DNA of 42,893 bases from a virus (Duplodnaviria; Caudoviricetes). Where the stretch lies: positions 1-42,893 of IMG/VR virus record IMGVR_UViG_3300010362_000008. One strand, 5' to 3'. The notes below the pieces were generated by a model. It did no database searches and was not told where the DNA came from. It saw only the letters and a list, made by a program, of their open reading frames with translations. This document shows, one piece after another, positions 41,542 through 42,893 of this stretch (position 1 is the stretch's first letter; the number at the start of each line of letters is the position of its first letter). A program made the translations under genes and the position numbers.

Positions 41542-42369
41542 ATGAGTTTCGGCCCCTTCGGTCAAGGTGGGCACGTCAGCCCCGGCGACTTGCCGTGGGC
41601 GAGCCTCATTCACGCCGCCCAACCGCTGGCGCAGCGGCCCAACCCGACGGGGCTGGCGGGGCTGTTCTTCATGGACACCGACCCCGGCACGACGCCCGGT
41701 TACACGCTCTACCGCTCCGACGGTACGCAGTGGGTACTCATCGGCTCGCCCGGCCGCGGCTCGGTGAACCTCAACACACTCGGCACCGTTCTCACGGGAA
41801 CGTGGACCGCGGGTATTATTGGCCTGCTTTATGGCGGTACGGGCGCGAGCCTCGGCTCGACGGGGCCGGGCGTACTCAAGCAAACGACGACGGGCGCGGT
41901 GGTCACAGTCGGACAGGCGCTCGATTACATCTACCTCCGCGACCAGCAGAGTAGCGGCACCGACGGGGGAACCTTCACGTCGGGCGCGTGGCGCACGCGG
42001 GTGCTGAATACCGAGGTGGAGGATACCGGCGGTCACTGCTCGCTGGCCTCCAACCAATTCACGCTTTCGGCGGGCACCTACCGGATTCGCGCCCGCGCGC
42101 CGGGGCTCATCGTCAATCAGCACCAGACGCGCCTCCAGAACGTGAGCGACAGCACGACGACCTTGACCGGCTCCAACGCCTACGCGGACGCGACGAACAA
42201 CGGCGCGAGCGATTCGTGCGTGCGGGGCCGGTTCACGATCGCCAGCAGCAAGGCATTCGAGCTTCAGCATCAGTGCGCCACCACGAAGGCCACATCGGGC
42301 TTCGGGGCCAAATGCTCCTTCGGCACCGAAGTGTACGCCGAAGTCGAACTGTGGCGCGAGATCAGCTAA
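41542..42369 (+). CDS. Probable tail fibre/accessory protein
   Basis: GGTGA fibre-like motif; C-terminal GGTFTSGAWRTRVLNT...FTLSAGTY domain. Confidence 0.65.
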   Translation: MSFGPFGQGGHVSPGDLPWASLIHAAQPLAQRPNPTGLAGLFFMDTDPGTTPGYTLYRSDGTQWVLIGSPGRGSVNLNTLGTVLTGTWTAGIIGLLYGGTGASLGSTGPGVLKQTTTGAVVTVGQALDYIYLRDQQSSGTDGGTFTSGAWRTRVLNTEVEDTGGHCSLASNQFTLSAGTYRIRARAPGLIVNQHQTRLQNVSDSTTTLTGSNAYADATNNGASDSCVRGRFTIASSKAFELQHQCATTKATSGFGAKCSFGTEVYAEVELWREIS

Positions 42370-42412
42370 CGAGTTCGCCCCGACTTTTCGCCCCGCACCG
42401 GGAGATTCTCCC

Positions 42413-42754
42413 GTGGATTACGAGCCCCGTGACCCACTCTTCGCCCGCGACCCTACGCGAGACCCCACCGTGGCCCTTGACACCCTGGAATCCTCCGTGA
42501 TTAGCCGACTGGCCTTTCAGTGCCGCAAGGTACTCGACGAGATCCAGCCCCAGGCGGCGCAACTCAACACGCTCTACAACGCCGTCGGCGGGTGTCACGA
42601 CACCATCACCCAGGCCGACCTCGACAGTAACCCGGCCTACTCCGGGCTGACGAAGCAGCAACTGGACGACGCGGCGGCCGTCATCACGAATACGATGCTC
42701 ACCGCGCTCAATAACGGCCTCACCGCGCTCTCGATTCTGGCCGCCCGCACCTGA
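42413..42754 (+). CDS. Hypothetical protein (start may be GTG 42470)
   Basis: Last gene of the tail cluster. Confidence 0.55.
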   Translation: MDYEPRDPLFARDPTRDPTVALDTLESSVISRLAFQCRKVLDEIQPQAAQLNTLYNAVGGCHDTITQADLDSNPAYSGLTKQQLDDAAAVITNTMLTALNNGLTALSILAART

Positions 42755-42766
42755 GAGCGGCGCGGG

Positions 42767-42791
42767 CAGGTTCCGGGTGTGCGGGTAGGGT
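42767..42791 (+). promoter_or_regulatory. Late promoter variant for the lysis cassette: CAGGTTCC-N11-TAGGGT (leadered)
   Basis: Intergenic; upstream of the RBS and ATG 42814. Confidence 0.55.
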
Positions 42792-42819
42792 AAGTTTCCA
42801 GAGGGAGTCGCCTATGGAC

Positions 42820-42893
42820 GAAAAAGGCACCGGCGACGGCAACTCGCCGTGGTGGGTCACGGCCGGGTTCGGCATTGTCGCCGTGGTACTGGC
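42820..42893. repeat. Terminal direct repeat, right copy
   Basis: Identical to nt 1-74. Confidence 0.97.

Noticed and set aside
39452-42369. Diversity-generating retroelement acting on tail fibres
   Set aside because: No reverse transcriptase and no template/variable repeat pair seen

Overview
The window looks like a complete, circularly permuted, GC-rich temperate tailed-phage genome of about 42,819 bp: the last 74 nt repeat the first 74 nt. The host is most likely a planctomycete of the Gemmata/Gemmataceae type, inferred from six TIGR02996-like genes, a DUF1580-like HTH gene and a planctomycete-style tyrosine integrase. Layout: putative lysis/membrane cassette with a papain-like peptidase and no recognisable classical endolysin (42814-3462, across the join); leftward early operon (16273 to 3548) with ERF, AlpA-like HTH, TGT/DpdA-like enzyme, sigma factor, HD nucleotidase, two CsrA-like proteins, RimI-like GNAT, primase-DUF3987 and a C5 methyltransferase with a nested ORF; control/integration region with an RHH repressor, integrase and a tRNA-Gly-like attP; terminase, portal, protease, HK97-type capsid, a methyltransferase-glycosyltransferase pair, an inverted tail block with a -1 frameshift chaperone, and tail-tip genes. 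Most notable: (1) six dispersed TIGR02996-like paralogues with different C-termini; (2) a late promoter motif CAGGTTCC-N12-YANNNT-N6-ATG that implies leaderless late mRNAs, in a phage encoding its own sigma factor and two CsrA-like proteins; (3) an 18-bp perfect palindrome 19-22 nt upstream of four late start codons. All family assignments come from recognising motifs by eye; no database search was run.
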